Part shown: piece after piece, positions 10,906 to 22,630 of the stretch
Position numbering within the stretch: the first letter of the stretch is position 1
Layout: the number at the start of each line of letters is the position of its first letter
Assembly (NCBI GenBank): GCA_028534125.1
Contig: CM052817.1
Span: forward strand, 70,558,001-70,622,000
Origin: Lama glama
Taxonomy: Eukaryota
Direction: 5' to 3'
DNA length: 64,000 nucleotides
Translations under genes and position numbers: made by a program
The notes under the pieces: model-generated
The model's input: the letters and a program-made list of their open reading frames with translations, nothing else
What the model was told of the DNA's origin: nothing
Databases searched by the model: none

Positions 10906-12584
10906 ATCTGAGACCAGTGTTCAAATATAAACTATAAAGTTTTATTTTCTTCTTAACTATGTGGGCTCTACTGTAAAAGTCTTAGCTTCCTGAAATCTAT
11001 AATGAAGTTTTAAAACAAAATAAAACAAAACGTAACGGCTCTGTTCCCATATGTCTTGGGGTTTGTTTGTTTACTCGTTTTCCACTATTGGATTATTTCT
11101 GGAGCAGTTGCTAATGTTGTTTGATACATTTGATTTTTTTCTAAGGTAGCTATATTTCAACATTTCTTTTTTTGGAGCTGAGCAGAAAGATACAGAGGGG
11201 ATATTTAATAAGTGGTAGAATGTCATCAAACATTTTTGAAATAAGTGAGTTTTAAAAATATGCTGTATAAAACCCTGGGTATTTGGTAGGGAATGAAAGG
11301 ATTGCAGCACCACCAAATGTATCCTATTGGTAAATAACTCAAATGGATTTATCTCTAGCTCTGATGCTCATGGTACTGGTTTAAGAAAAAAAAAGTGTAG
11401 GGGAACTAATGCTTTAGGTTTATTGTTTGTGAAATTTTTATAATTCTATTCTATCTGTCTCTGTAATCTTCCACATAACGAGGAAAATCAAACAAATAAT
11501 TTCAGATGGCTCTCTTAATGGTCTAAAAGGAAAACCAAGCACATTCAGAAAAATCTATGATGGCCATTCTACTTCTTGTAAAAAAATTTCAACTCATTAT
11601 TTTAAGCAACAACAGAAAAAATAAGAAATGTATTTATTTACAAATAAGATAGTTCTTCCAAGAAAATTGATATATACAAATACATAGTCCCTCTCCACCC
11701 ACAAGAAAAAAGCTATATTAAAGTCAATGTGTATCATCAGTAATGACTTACTGTCATGAAAATATAATGCAAGTTAATAGGCTGAAAGTTTACAAGTAGA
11801 CAAGACTCTTGCATATCTTCAAGTAGAAACAAAATGATTTCATTGTTAGCAAAGCAAATAGAAGCACCATTAAAGCATACTAATAAAAGAAAGAAAAAAG
11901 AGTAAATGTTGCAAAAAATGTATTTCTTATTCAGGTTAGTGTTTAGTTTATAAAAAGATGAAGCATGCAGTTTCATAATTCACAAATAAATAAATAAGGC
12001 TTTGTGATCTTAGTGGCTAGACAAAAGTGTTTTTTTCTTCCTTTTTCAAAACAGAATATATAGTAAGTTCTCCTGAGTTAAATGTAATTTCCTTTAAAAA
12101 GAATGTTTGGGGTGAAAATTTTTATTTCAAAAGACAAAATTAGCAATGCATTGGACACAATAATTTTAGCACTATTAATACTGGCTAATTCTAAAGGTTT
12201 TGGGTGTGATTAGCTATGCCTTATCATGCCACTTTAAGAAAGAATCTACCATCTCCATACATTCATTTCTTATTTCAGTTTTTTTCAAGGAGGAAAATAG
12301 CATACTTCACTTTAGGATCACAGTTTTATGTTTATTTAATTCCAGGGCTCTCAATTACTTTAGAGACACTGTCTCCATCCTGTCTATATTTTGGCAGGAT
12401 GTGGAGGAAATAATCATTGCTCTTTTCTGTCTCAGGGTTGAAAGACAATTATTAAAATAAATAAGGCATAAATATGTCTACTTATGGTCTAGAGCTGGAT
12501 GGGCTGTTTCTTACCTTCCTAGGCTTATACCTAGGAAGAGGTTCTCAGAGTGCCTTTCCACTTATCCTAGTTAGTGTACAGAGG

Positions 12585-13099
12585 AGGAAAACTTCATTGA
12601 TATAATTTCAGATTCCACATTGTACCTAATCTTTCAGTTAAAATTACCACTTGCAGAGATTAGGGTAGTATCAAAAAAAGACCATCCACAATTTTATGAA
12701 AAGGTTATTAAAATAATCTTCCCTTGCCCATTTACATATCCATAGGAGGCTAGTTTTCTTTATATACTTCAACCAAAACAACAGACTGCAATAGATTGAA
12801 TGCAGAAGCAGATATGAGAGTCCATCTGCTCTCTATTAAGCCAGACATTGGAGACACTTGAAAAAAAAAAAAAGAAAACTGTCACTCTTTCTGCTAATTT
12901 TTAAATTTGTTTTATAAAATTCAGTTATATTTCATAAAAACATTATTTAATTAACATATAATGGGTTGTTTAAATTTCTCTGTCTTAATTTCTACCACAG
13001 AAATATCAACAGATATAAACTATATAAATGAAAGCTCTTTCAATCCTAATTTTTAAGTGTGTAAAAGGGTTTTGAGTCAAAAATCTTTGAGAACTGTTG
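12585..13099 (+). mobile_element. hAT-Charlie1 3' fragment (transposase C-terminal remnant and end)
   Basis: tatacttcaaccaaaacaac...gattgaatgcagaagcagatatgagag...tctattaagccagacatt; ends tttgagaactgttg. Confidence 0.8.
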
Positions 13100-13316
13100 G
13101 TACAAAAGTACAGAATTGAATTAAAGCTTGACTTTGCAAGCTGGAATCTTGAGGTGCCAAATAATGGAAGATTCTGGTGTCATTAAGGAGTGGCTTAGTC
13201 ATGACTTATTAGACAATAATGCAAGCAAAGCACTCAGTGTCATCTCGAGAACACAATCAGTGAATAAGTATTGTTATTACTGTTGCTCTTACCTTATAGG
13301 CTCAAAAATGCTAGCT

Positions 13317-13340
13317 ATCATCATCATCATCATCATCATC
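13317..13340. repeat. (ATC)8 microsatellite
   Basis: Read directly. Confidence 0.95.
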
Positions 13341-14857
13341 AGTAGTAATATTACATCTCTGCAGCTAATTAGTGGTGTCCATGGCAACTCCTTAATTCTT
13401 TACAACCTGAATGGAGCTATACTCAATACCCCTTCAACTCCTTTCAAGAAGTAACTCTAAATTTTCTCATGTGAATATATCATCATTTTATGAGACAATA
13501 TCCATCTGCCAGAGCATTTAGGATTGCAAAACCAAAAGTGTGTAAAGTAGAGAAATGACAGGTTTACTAAGAATGAGTTTTCTTCCTGTAAGAAAGGGAA
13601 AGGAGAAAACGATCATACCTATTAAATTTCCCTAAATAAATGTAATCCTTAAAAAGAGTCCTGCCTCTTTGACAAGGACTGATGTAGAGTTCAAGGGTCC
13701 TAGAATCTCCTAAAATGTCTAGGAGAAACCTATGACCACCTACAGTTCTAGAAATACTTTCATGTGATTAAAAGAAAGTAAGCAAGTGATTATTCTACTT
13801 TAGTCACAATTCTAGTTAACCAGGCTAGAGGAAAGAGACTGAGTCAAAGGAAAGTAGGGGGAGGCAGCTGAAATATGATTCAGACACAAGGCACTTCTAG
13901 GAAATCATCTTTGAAGTAATCAGACTATACAAAAATGAGGTTACATAACTTTTCAGGACAATAAACTGGAGGAGTAACTGTACTGGACTGTATGATGCTT
14001 CTCAAAGCTGTTTTTATATATCTAATCTTATTTACTCAATGGGAAATAGGAGATGGCTAAATTGGAAATTATTCACATGTATTGCTTGAATAGACAAGGC
14101 TGGGGAGAGATGCAATAGAGGAAACTGGGACGATGATGGAGTTAAGCTCTTATGATACTTTCAATTAAAACAGTTTAAATCTAGCGTTTTATTCTTTTTC
14201 TTTTTTACAAGGCCATTACTTGAATTAGAGAACCCAATTATAATTTCAGTGAGCCACTGTAGGAATAACATGGGAACGTAAGGCAGAGAGCTTTGAAAAA
14301 GGCAGATGCTGCCGGTCATAATCAGGGGCATATGGATTTACACAGGTAAACAGCAAGTGAAATAGCTGTACCGCTGAAGCGAAAACAATAAAATACGACC
14401 TTTTCTGAAACCAACATTAATCTTTTCAGTTTATGATGTGTCAGTGCTTTTTTAAAAAATGACAAACAAAAAATGTCTAAGAAAAATGCGGGAAAGACAG
14501 AGGCTTTAAACGTTGGTTTGTCATGAACACCAGGGCACCCACGAATAGCACAAAAGTAAGGTGAGAGCACTGATTACTTCAGAGCCACTTTAATGCTTTT
14601 CTCTTTTCTATATATACATTTCTCTCATTTCATATAAATATGTGTGTATGTGTGTGTGTGTATATATATATATTCTAAATTTTCCTTCATCTCTCTACCT
14701 ATTCACTCACTATCTCAAGGGAGATAGCATTGTAGGTTTTTACTTTTGTTATCGTTGAGGAAAACACTACAAAGCAGTTGGGATTCCATTTATAGTGAAG
14801 GCAACCAACTGACAGAGTTAAAATGTCATTGCCTTCAAAGGTCAGGCTTCCACATAG

Positions 14858-14978
14858 GAAGAGAAAAAAGTAAAAAGAAGGAAGAGAAGGAAGAGGAGAA
14901 GGAACCATGGAGGGATGCAGGGAGGGGCAGCGAGAAAGACGGAGAAGACAAGAGAGGAGAGAGGAAGAGCTGAGAGGA
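14858..14978. repeat. Purine (GA)-rich low-complexity tract
   Basis: Predominantly A/G on + strand. Confidence 0.7.
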
Positions 14979-17900
14979 ACAGCAGCTTAAGGTGTTCTGT
15001 GCCTCCGCCATGATCATAACAATTCAATCCAGGATAATCTGCTATTTTTGTTGTTGTTTTGTTTTCACTTGTCCTGGGAATGTCCAATGAGATCTACCCT
15101 TGTGACAAACAGAAAAATATATACAAGGTAATACCTAACTCTTAAAATACATTCAGGGCTATGATTTAAACAGAACCTGGAAATAGAAGACATACAACGC
15201 TATTTATCAGAATCTTTAATACAATTCAAAATTTTGATTGCTGAAACACAACTCATGGCTGGCACCAAATTCTGCTACCCAGACCACACGCCTACCAGTG
15301 ATTAAATGGTTGTCAGAGAAATAGAAATCTCAGCTCTGTTAATGCTACGGTAATACGGCATTAATGCAGTCTCAAATTTCAAAATGAAAAAAAATTAGTT
15401 TAACTTTCTGGTCTTGTCTTAGATATCGCACTTGATTTCTTCCCGAGTTGTTTTATGAGTTTTGTCCTCTGCTTATTCTTAACAGTAATTAATTAGCTCA
15501 CCACCAATGAATTCAAAAACTAGGTCTCAATACCAAGATTGTAACATGTTTTCCTTTGTTGAGCTGGTGGAAAAGGTGAATTATAGAGTGGCTGTGGTTT
15601 TGGCAACTAAACTGGGATTCAAGTTGGGCAGAAGAAATACACAGGATAAAGCACAATTAGGTAGGCCTGGTAATAAACTGCCGGCAGCAGCAGCCTGTGA
15701 ACATCCGACACAGGCTGCTAATTTGAATGAAAGCTTTAAATAGCCAGGGCACTGAAAGGGGGACAACCAAGTCTACGAAGAATAGCTATAGCTGAAATCA
15801 AAGGCGTGTCTGTATATGACCCACTTTGGAGGGCCTAATGGCCTCACGCTGATCTTTCCAACTATAGCTAAGCACTTCGGGAGCCACAACTTTGATCTTG
15901 TAGTGTGAAGCTCAGTGAAAATAAGTCACAGTAGCTAATACAGGCTACATTTGAAAAATTATCCTTTTTTTTTTTAACTAAATATAAAGTTCCCTTATAG
16001 ATTAGAGTGTCAGTATTGGAGTTTCTCTCTTTGCCTCTTTGTTTTCCTCTGCTTTCTTTTAGGAATTGGCAATATGTACATAGAGAAATGAAGTCAACTA
16101 CAAGAAGATTTAGCCATGGGAAGGTGGGATCTATTCACTCTGTTAAGATAAAAGGAAGATGCCTCAAAGATAAGATTTTTGATTGAAGCCATTTTTGCTA
16201 AACTCATTTGATATTACTTTTTAAAAATTTGAACAGCCTATTGAGATAGTTTAAATTTTGCATATTCTGGCCAAAAAGCCCTGAAAAACAAAACAAAAAA
16301 CCTCTGAACGAGGCAAACAATTATCATCTTCACTAACCAAGAGGGCAAAAAACTCCTGTCCTTCTATATTACAAAAAGGCAAGGGAAAGCTAGGAAGTTC
16401 TTTAAAAACATGATCTTTTTGAAATCTAACAATGACTATCAAAGGCCTCATTAAGTCTTAGAATTCCATGATAAAATCTGGATTGATTTTTCCTCAAACC
16501 CACATTTAATACATGGCAAGAAAGCATTTCAGACGACCTTACTTTATCTTTTAAATGGCTATTGGGGTAGTTCATGCAATGCTCTTTTTCCAAATACGTG
16601 AAGGATGTCCTTCATAGAGGTAAGAAGAGTCAGCAAATAGGTAGCTGGAATTACTAGTCAAGGTAAGAATCAAGAGACAGCTTCATGTATACAGAAATGG
16701 CTTACCAGGTGTTTCCCTCTAGACTTCCACAACCTACCATCTGTTAAATGGAATGGCGGCCAGAAAGTCCTAACTGATTAGCTCTTGCCCACAGAAAAAT
16801 CTCTGGTTTTTCACTTATTACCATTTGTTTTATTTTTTTAAGTCATTATCAATTAAAGGAGTAAAAGATGTTATTTTTTTAACCTGTCTTAAAAAACCTC
16901 TAATATACCAGCTTAAATCAAGTCATGTTTTCCATGGTATTTATTACCCCAAGCAGATCGAATTTTCTCTGCCCAAAAAATTGTACAACAGAACTTGAAA
17001 AATATGTGCTGATTTGCCTGGGTGCTAAAAGCATCACCGGTAATTTTGATTAATGTGTCTTGACACTGAATGCATTAGCTATACAATATTCTTCTTGCTT
17101 AAGGGATAATTAGGATTCAAGTCAGCATGATACCTACTTTTGAGGATTACAGCAAGAACATTTGCTGTAATAAGAACCTCCAGGCAGCCAGTTTTGGTAA
17201 TGATTGATTTGTAAAATTATTGAGGGGAAAAAAAAAGAATGAGAAAGTAGAGTCTGTCCCCAAAACGCTTATTTCCCTTATGGATCACATTTGAGTATAA
17301 ATTAAAACATCTTGGTGGCTATGATGAGAATGAACTACAATAGCAGGTTTATTTAAAACCCAGAAAACATAACTTTCTGATTTTTTTTTCTTAACAGGAT
17401 TACATCATGAAAACACATTCGGTGTATTTATTCGAGATTTCATTATGGCTGCTAAAAATCTCTGATTTCTGTTGTATGAGTTTCCTAATTGGACTCTTAA
17501 ATTACTCAACTGCTTAGATGCACTTTGTGCAAGCAGGAAATAATTATAAGTAACAATAACACAATGTTATCCTTTTAACCAGTATTTCTTCCTTTTCTTT
17601 TTTCTTTTAGGAAGTCATTTAATATTCTATGTTACTTCCAAAAACCTTCTTTGGCTATTTTTTAAAATGTGATTTGATGTTTCTGGGGAAGGAACCTCAT
17701 CTTCAGCAGATTTAGAAGTTAAGTTTCTATAGATTACTGAACTCTATACTTAGTCCTAAGAATGCCAAAGTAATGTTTTTGCCATCTGTAAAAATATTGG
17801 TCCTTATGTGATTTAGTGTTGAGGATGATTTTATATAACGAGGTCTATAAAGAGTTAGTTGCTGTCTCCTGATCTTCAAGTTGTTGATGTGAATGTCAAA

Positions 17901-18569
17901 TTTTCACTAATGTGGAAGTCAGAACAAAAATATCAAGTTTTGAGGGAAAATACTGTAAAAATTTCTTTCACATCTAAATGATTTTTTTTCCTGATTTGAT
18001 GTAATTTTTACTGTATTATGTCTCTGTATTATGTCTCCCTACTGCATTCATTTTACTGTTGATGTAAATTTTTTCCAACTTACTTTCTGAATATGATGTG
18101 ATAAACTAGTAGTCAATGTTGAAAAGAGAAAAGCAAGCATTAAAAATCCATGTTTGTAAAAAATATCTTGGGCTAGGCAACACTATGACTGGGGCTTAGA
18201 GATTTCCATCATTACATGGCTAGTTTTCCTTTTGCTTTTCCTGTGAACAGTGTTGGGGAAGGAGAACTTAGTACCACGTCTCCAAAACGTTGTGTTCCCT
18301 CATCCTTTGTTTCTGGAATCTATTGGGTTATCGGAAAAGGCAAATAGTGTGATGTCATGTTTCAAGAGAAATTAGGCTATCTTACTGCTTTTAAAGATAA
18401 CATTCTACCATCACTGCAAAAGAGTTTTCAGAATTTACATCTATGACCCTGTGGAGTATAAATGGCTTTATGATCTCTAGGTTGAAGTTACTCACAGGAG
18501 GAAAGATTACATGGAGTAGGAGCATAAACAACGTTCCTAAAGTTCTGAGTTGCTCCGACAGAAATCGCA

Positions 18570-18830
18570 ATAGCTAAGGTTTATATAGCATTTACTATAA
18601 GCTTGGCAATCTTTTAGGAGCTGCACCTATATTAATTCATTTAATCCCCACAACAATCCTCTGAGTTATGTACAATAATAATTCCCATTTTACAAGGAAA
18701 CAGGAGCACAGAGAGACTATGTAACTTACTCAATGTCATGATATAGCTTCCTGAACTGGTGCAGGATAGAACCAGGATCTACACACTGGTGGTTTCGTTC
18801 TAAAGTCAAAGCTCTTGATCATTGCTCTGC
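18570..18830 (-). mobile_element. MIR SINE
   Basis: tagctaaggtttatatagcatttactat...tcatttaatccccacaacaatcct...cccattttacaaggaaacaggagcacagagag. Confidence 0.8.
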
Positions 18831-19628
18831 ATGACCTAATTAGCAGGATAATGTAATCATAAAAGGGGTACGCAATTTTTCAAAATGTGTGGAAAGAAAA
18901 AATGTTTGAAAATAGGAGCTTGGACTCTTACTGTTTTATGTGATACCAGAAAAGCTGGTCCCAATAAGTTTTACCCATGAAAAATATATTTAAAGGCTTG
19001 TTTATAAAAATAATTTTCCCAGCTCAAATCTTATTCCAGAAGACCAGTATTTTCATGGTACATTGTGCATAATTTAATTTTCCCAGTTGAACATCTTAAC
19101 ACTATATGAACCATGAATACATGAAATAGGAACTCCAAATGTCTTCCACATGGCGAGAGCACTCTCCAATACTTGCGCAGGAAGCTTAAGTGTAATCTGA
19201 AATTAAGTGATGCCTGTTCTTAGTGACTTTTATGTAGGCCTAAGGTATTAGCACTTTTGTCTGAGTGGGACCCTGAGGTGAGAGACAGATGAGTCTGTTG
19301 TCTGTATTTAGGCACTTTGCTCATTTCCGGAGAACTGCGTGGAAGGCATGTGGATGCTCATTAAGTTTCCAACCATTCCCCGAGAGCAACAGGTGGCAAA
19401 TCAAAGCTTCCCGGCTATGTCATGGCTGGTTTCCTCAACGTCTTGGAAATAACGGATGGCATCTGCACACTCTCTGTAGTACCAGCCGATAAGAAGGAGA
19501 TGAAGAGCAAGAGGAAGTATTTCCAAAGTGTAAACAAACACACAAGTCGGGGGAGGTTATGACTAATGCTTTTGCTATCACACATTCTAAATCCATATAT
19601 GGTGGTTTCTTTTAAACACTATTACTCA

Positions 19629-19767
19629 GAGGGAGGGTATAGCTCAGTGGTAGAGTGTGTGCTTAGCATACATTGAGGTCCTGGGTTCAAACCCCAGTTC
19701 CTCTATTAAAAAATAATAATAAGTGAATAAATAAACCTAATTACATTCCCCCCAAAACCAAATAAAC
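19629..19767 (+). mobile_element. Camelid-type tRNA-derived SINE (Vic-1-like)
   Basis: gggagggtatagctcagtggtagag (A box)...gggttcaaacccc (B box), A-rich middle, aaacctaattac..cccc tail; flanking direct repeat attactca at 19621-19628 and 19768-19775. Confidence 0.88.
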
Positions 19768-20916
19768 ATTACTCATTCAAACTATGAAATCAAGATTAAT
19801 TGTCCTAGGGTTAGCTACCTAATAGAAGCAAGGCATATTAAAAGAATAAAGGCTATCCCAAATTAATGAAGCTATATCATAAATTCATAAACTTTTAACT
19901 CTACATTTTAAAATATCCAAAGACCACTAATGACTATGATGTGTTCTTAAACTGTCTCCTTTACAAAATTACTCATTTATACTGAGCACCTACTACATTA
20001 TAAGGCAAGCTTATCACTTACATCCTGAACTAGAGAGAGAAGACAGAGCTTATTGATTCAAAAATAGAATCTGTGATTTAAATAAAATACTGGATAGTTA
20101 TCCAACAGTACTTGATAATTACATAGAAAAGTATCTCTAGTGAATGACTGAAAGGTTTCTGTCAATTGACAGCTTCTTCTCACTATAGTCACTAGTCAGA
20201 TTAGAAAAACAAAGGAAAATGTCAGGTTTAATATCTTGACAAAAATTTGTCTGGCAATTTCCTATGACCTTGGGAATAAAAACATTTACTGGGGATGGCA
20301 AATCATCAACATCCTTCCCAATGTGAAAAAGTTCAAAACCTTCAGGCTAGTCCACAGATGACCAGGAAATGCCCTGGGACATTTTTCATGGTGGAAGACA
20401 TAAGACAAAAGTAGTGAGGAGAAATAGTAGTAATTGCAATTGTTCTGTTTGTTTGTTTTGGATGGGAAAAAACCCAATACCTTCACCCTTAGGTGCTCTC
20501 TCTCACCAGGAAACCTCACACTCAGGAGAAAGGGCAACTGGATTTCCACACCACACTGAGATTCCTGCCACATGACCAGGTGGTGGCAACACTGTGCAAC
20601 TAACCTACAAGCAAGTTCTTTTAAATGCCTTCCCCCTCATTTATAATACTAACAGGTTCTTTTAAATTAGTAATGCATATAATTTTCTTAAATTTGTTTT
20701 AAAATCTGTGATTTTCCAGTTATCTGCAAAACTTTTTTTTAATGTGTGAGATTACTAAGGAACTGCTATAAACGCTACAATATGAAATCACATTAATTTA
20801 TGAAGTTATTTTTGCTAAATATCAAATGATAAGGAAACGACTTTGACTCTTGAGTAAACTGTTGTCATAGAGTGTACTTGTTCAATGAAGAAGCCAAAGA
20901 CTAAAAATATATTAAT

Positions 20917-20966
20917 AGAAATTGACACAACATTGGTAAACTGACTATACCTCAATTAAAAAAAAA
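20917..20966 (+). mobile_element. Very short 5'-truncated L1 3' end
   Basis: agaaattgacacaacattggtaaactgactatacctcaattaaaaaaaaa, similar to the L1 end at 55214-55399. Confidence 0.7.
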
Positions 20967-22152
20967 TTAAGAGGAAGACAGAAAACTAGTCTCTCAGAAT
21001 CAGGGGAAAAAAAATATTTAGAGGACATATCCAAATATCTATGATACTAATCTGGAAACATCAAACAAAAACCAGTATCAAAATTTCTTAGTGCCAACCT
21101 AGAAGCCATAGCTTTCATGTCTGTTAATTATAACAAATATATTCATAAAATATTACATATGATACCATAGGATGTCTGGGAAATCAATAATTTAATATCT
21201 TTATTCTAAAATCATATTAATTCATATAAACAGGTACTGTTTATATTAAGCTGTATGTAATCATATTATTTCATATCACATATTTCAAACACAACCTTCA
21301 TAAAGCAGTATATACAATCCTCTTACTGAAACTAGGAATATAAATTTTAGAATGGTCTAATCATGCTAGAGGTTAATTCAAAATTCCTTAAGATGACAAC
21401 AACGTAAAGAAAAATCTACTTGCATTATTCTATCCTGTCAAACAGTTCTAGAGTTTAAAAAAAAACTTTAAAATAAGAAGCTGAATTTAAGGGAGTAACT
21501 ACAGCTAAGCTAGTAGAATTTTTAAGCCTTTTTAGTTGCTACATTAGAAAATGTAAACAATTAAAAAATGTTTCTTAACATTTTTAGATGATTTAAAATA
21601 TGTATAACAACGTTTTCAAATGAAGCTTTAAGCAAGTATTTCAAAAAATACAAATTTTATGGGAATAGTACATGTCAATATAGTTTAGTAATATGATTTG
21701 TACCCTGCAGTGAGAATTACTGACAGGAAGTGGAAGCACAAAACATTTTAGAGGGATTATTATAATGGGCGAATCACAAAAACAGCTGCTTAAATGTTAG
21801 ATTTATGGGGATGTTAAGATTCTAATTCTGGCCAAAATCTGACAGGATTTTAAGAGTAAGATTCAAATGTGAAGATAGGCATTCTAGACTTTAAATAATT
21901 CCTATAACTTCAAGTGAAATGACTTTTACACTTATTTAAGGGGCAGAGTAGGTTACATATGGAATAAACAGTGGATACACAGTCCAGATAGCCACGGCAA
22001 ACTTTAGAAATACCTGCACTTCATTTTTAATTAAAAAATTTAATTGATTGAGGTGGTTGGTGAGTATTTAAAGAACAGCACTCTGTTTTTAGTTTTCATT
22101 TTTCCATCTTTGTGACTCTCACAATTACAGTTCTGTGAAGCCAAGTATTTAC

Positions 22153-22197
22153 CTTTATCCCCGGAAGTCCAGGAAGCCCAGGAAGCCCTGGTTCACC
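22153..22197 (-). CDS. COL25A1: COL25A1 exon H (45 nt): GEPGLPGLPGLPGIK
   Basis: gattttcctacgtag|GGTGAA...ATAAAG|gtaaat. Confidence 0.95.
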
Positions 22198-22362
22198 CTA
22201 CGTAGGAAAATCACACAGCATTATAGAGCAATATTCACTCAGTCACAGTATCTGAGAAAAACATGGCAAATGTAGATGAATTCTTGCTGTATGTGTGTAT
22301 ATAAATATGTCTATTATATACATACTGTCTAGTTTCAAGACGTTTGGTGAGATTGCATAGTT

Positions 22363-22630
22363 CAGTCAACTCTTGATTCAGGGATTGGTTGACCATTTGG
22401 CAGATGATTCAGAATTTTCCCTTTTGCTTCCAATTCACTGCCCATTATCATCTCTACCAGAAGGTGAGAAAGAGGAGTAAAGGGAGAAGGAGCTCCTATG
22501 TTTTATTACTTCCTGGCAAATGATTTGTTAAGGAGGCTGAAGCTATTTGCTGAAATGAGGATTACATGTGCATTTGAATAATGCATCCTATTCCGGTGCT
22601 CTCTTACCTCAGATAATCAAGAGTTGGCTG
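22363..22630. mobile_element. TcMar-Tigger MITE (Tigger15-like)
   Basis: 16-bp terminal inverted repeats cagtcaactcttgatt / aatcaagagttggctg (1 mismatch). Confidence 0.7.

Noticed and set aside
12515..12538. 9-bp stem hairpin cttcctagg-cttata-cctaggaag
   Set aside because: Short enough to be expected by chance in 64 kb
13375..13388. Degenerate X-box GTGTCCATGGCAAC (similar near 50085)
   Set aside because: Mismatched half site; much weaker than the 4992 site
19629..19705. tRNA-like sequence with A and B boxes (also 28495-28567 minus)
   Set aside because: Followed by a SINE body/tail and flanked by target-site duplications; a SINE head rather than a tRNA gene
20573..20591. CTCF-like motif TGACCAGGTGGTGGCAACA (and GCAACAGGTGGCAAA near 19386)
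   Set aside because: Mismatches at core positions; unsupported without ChIP data
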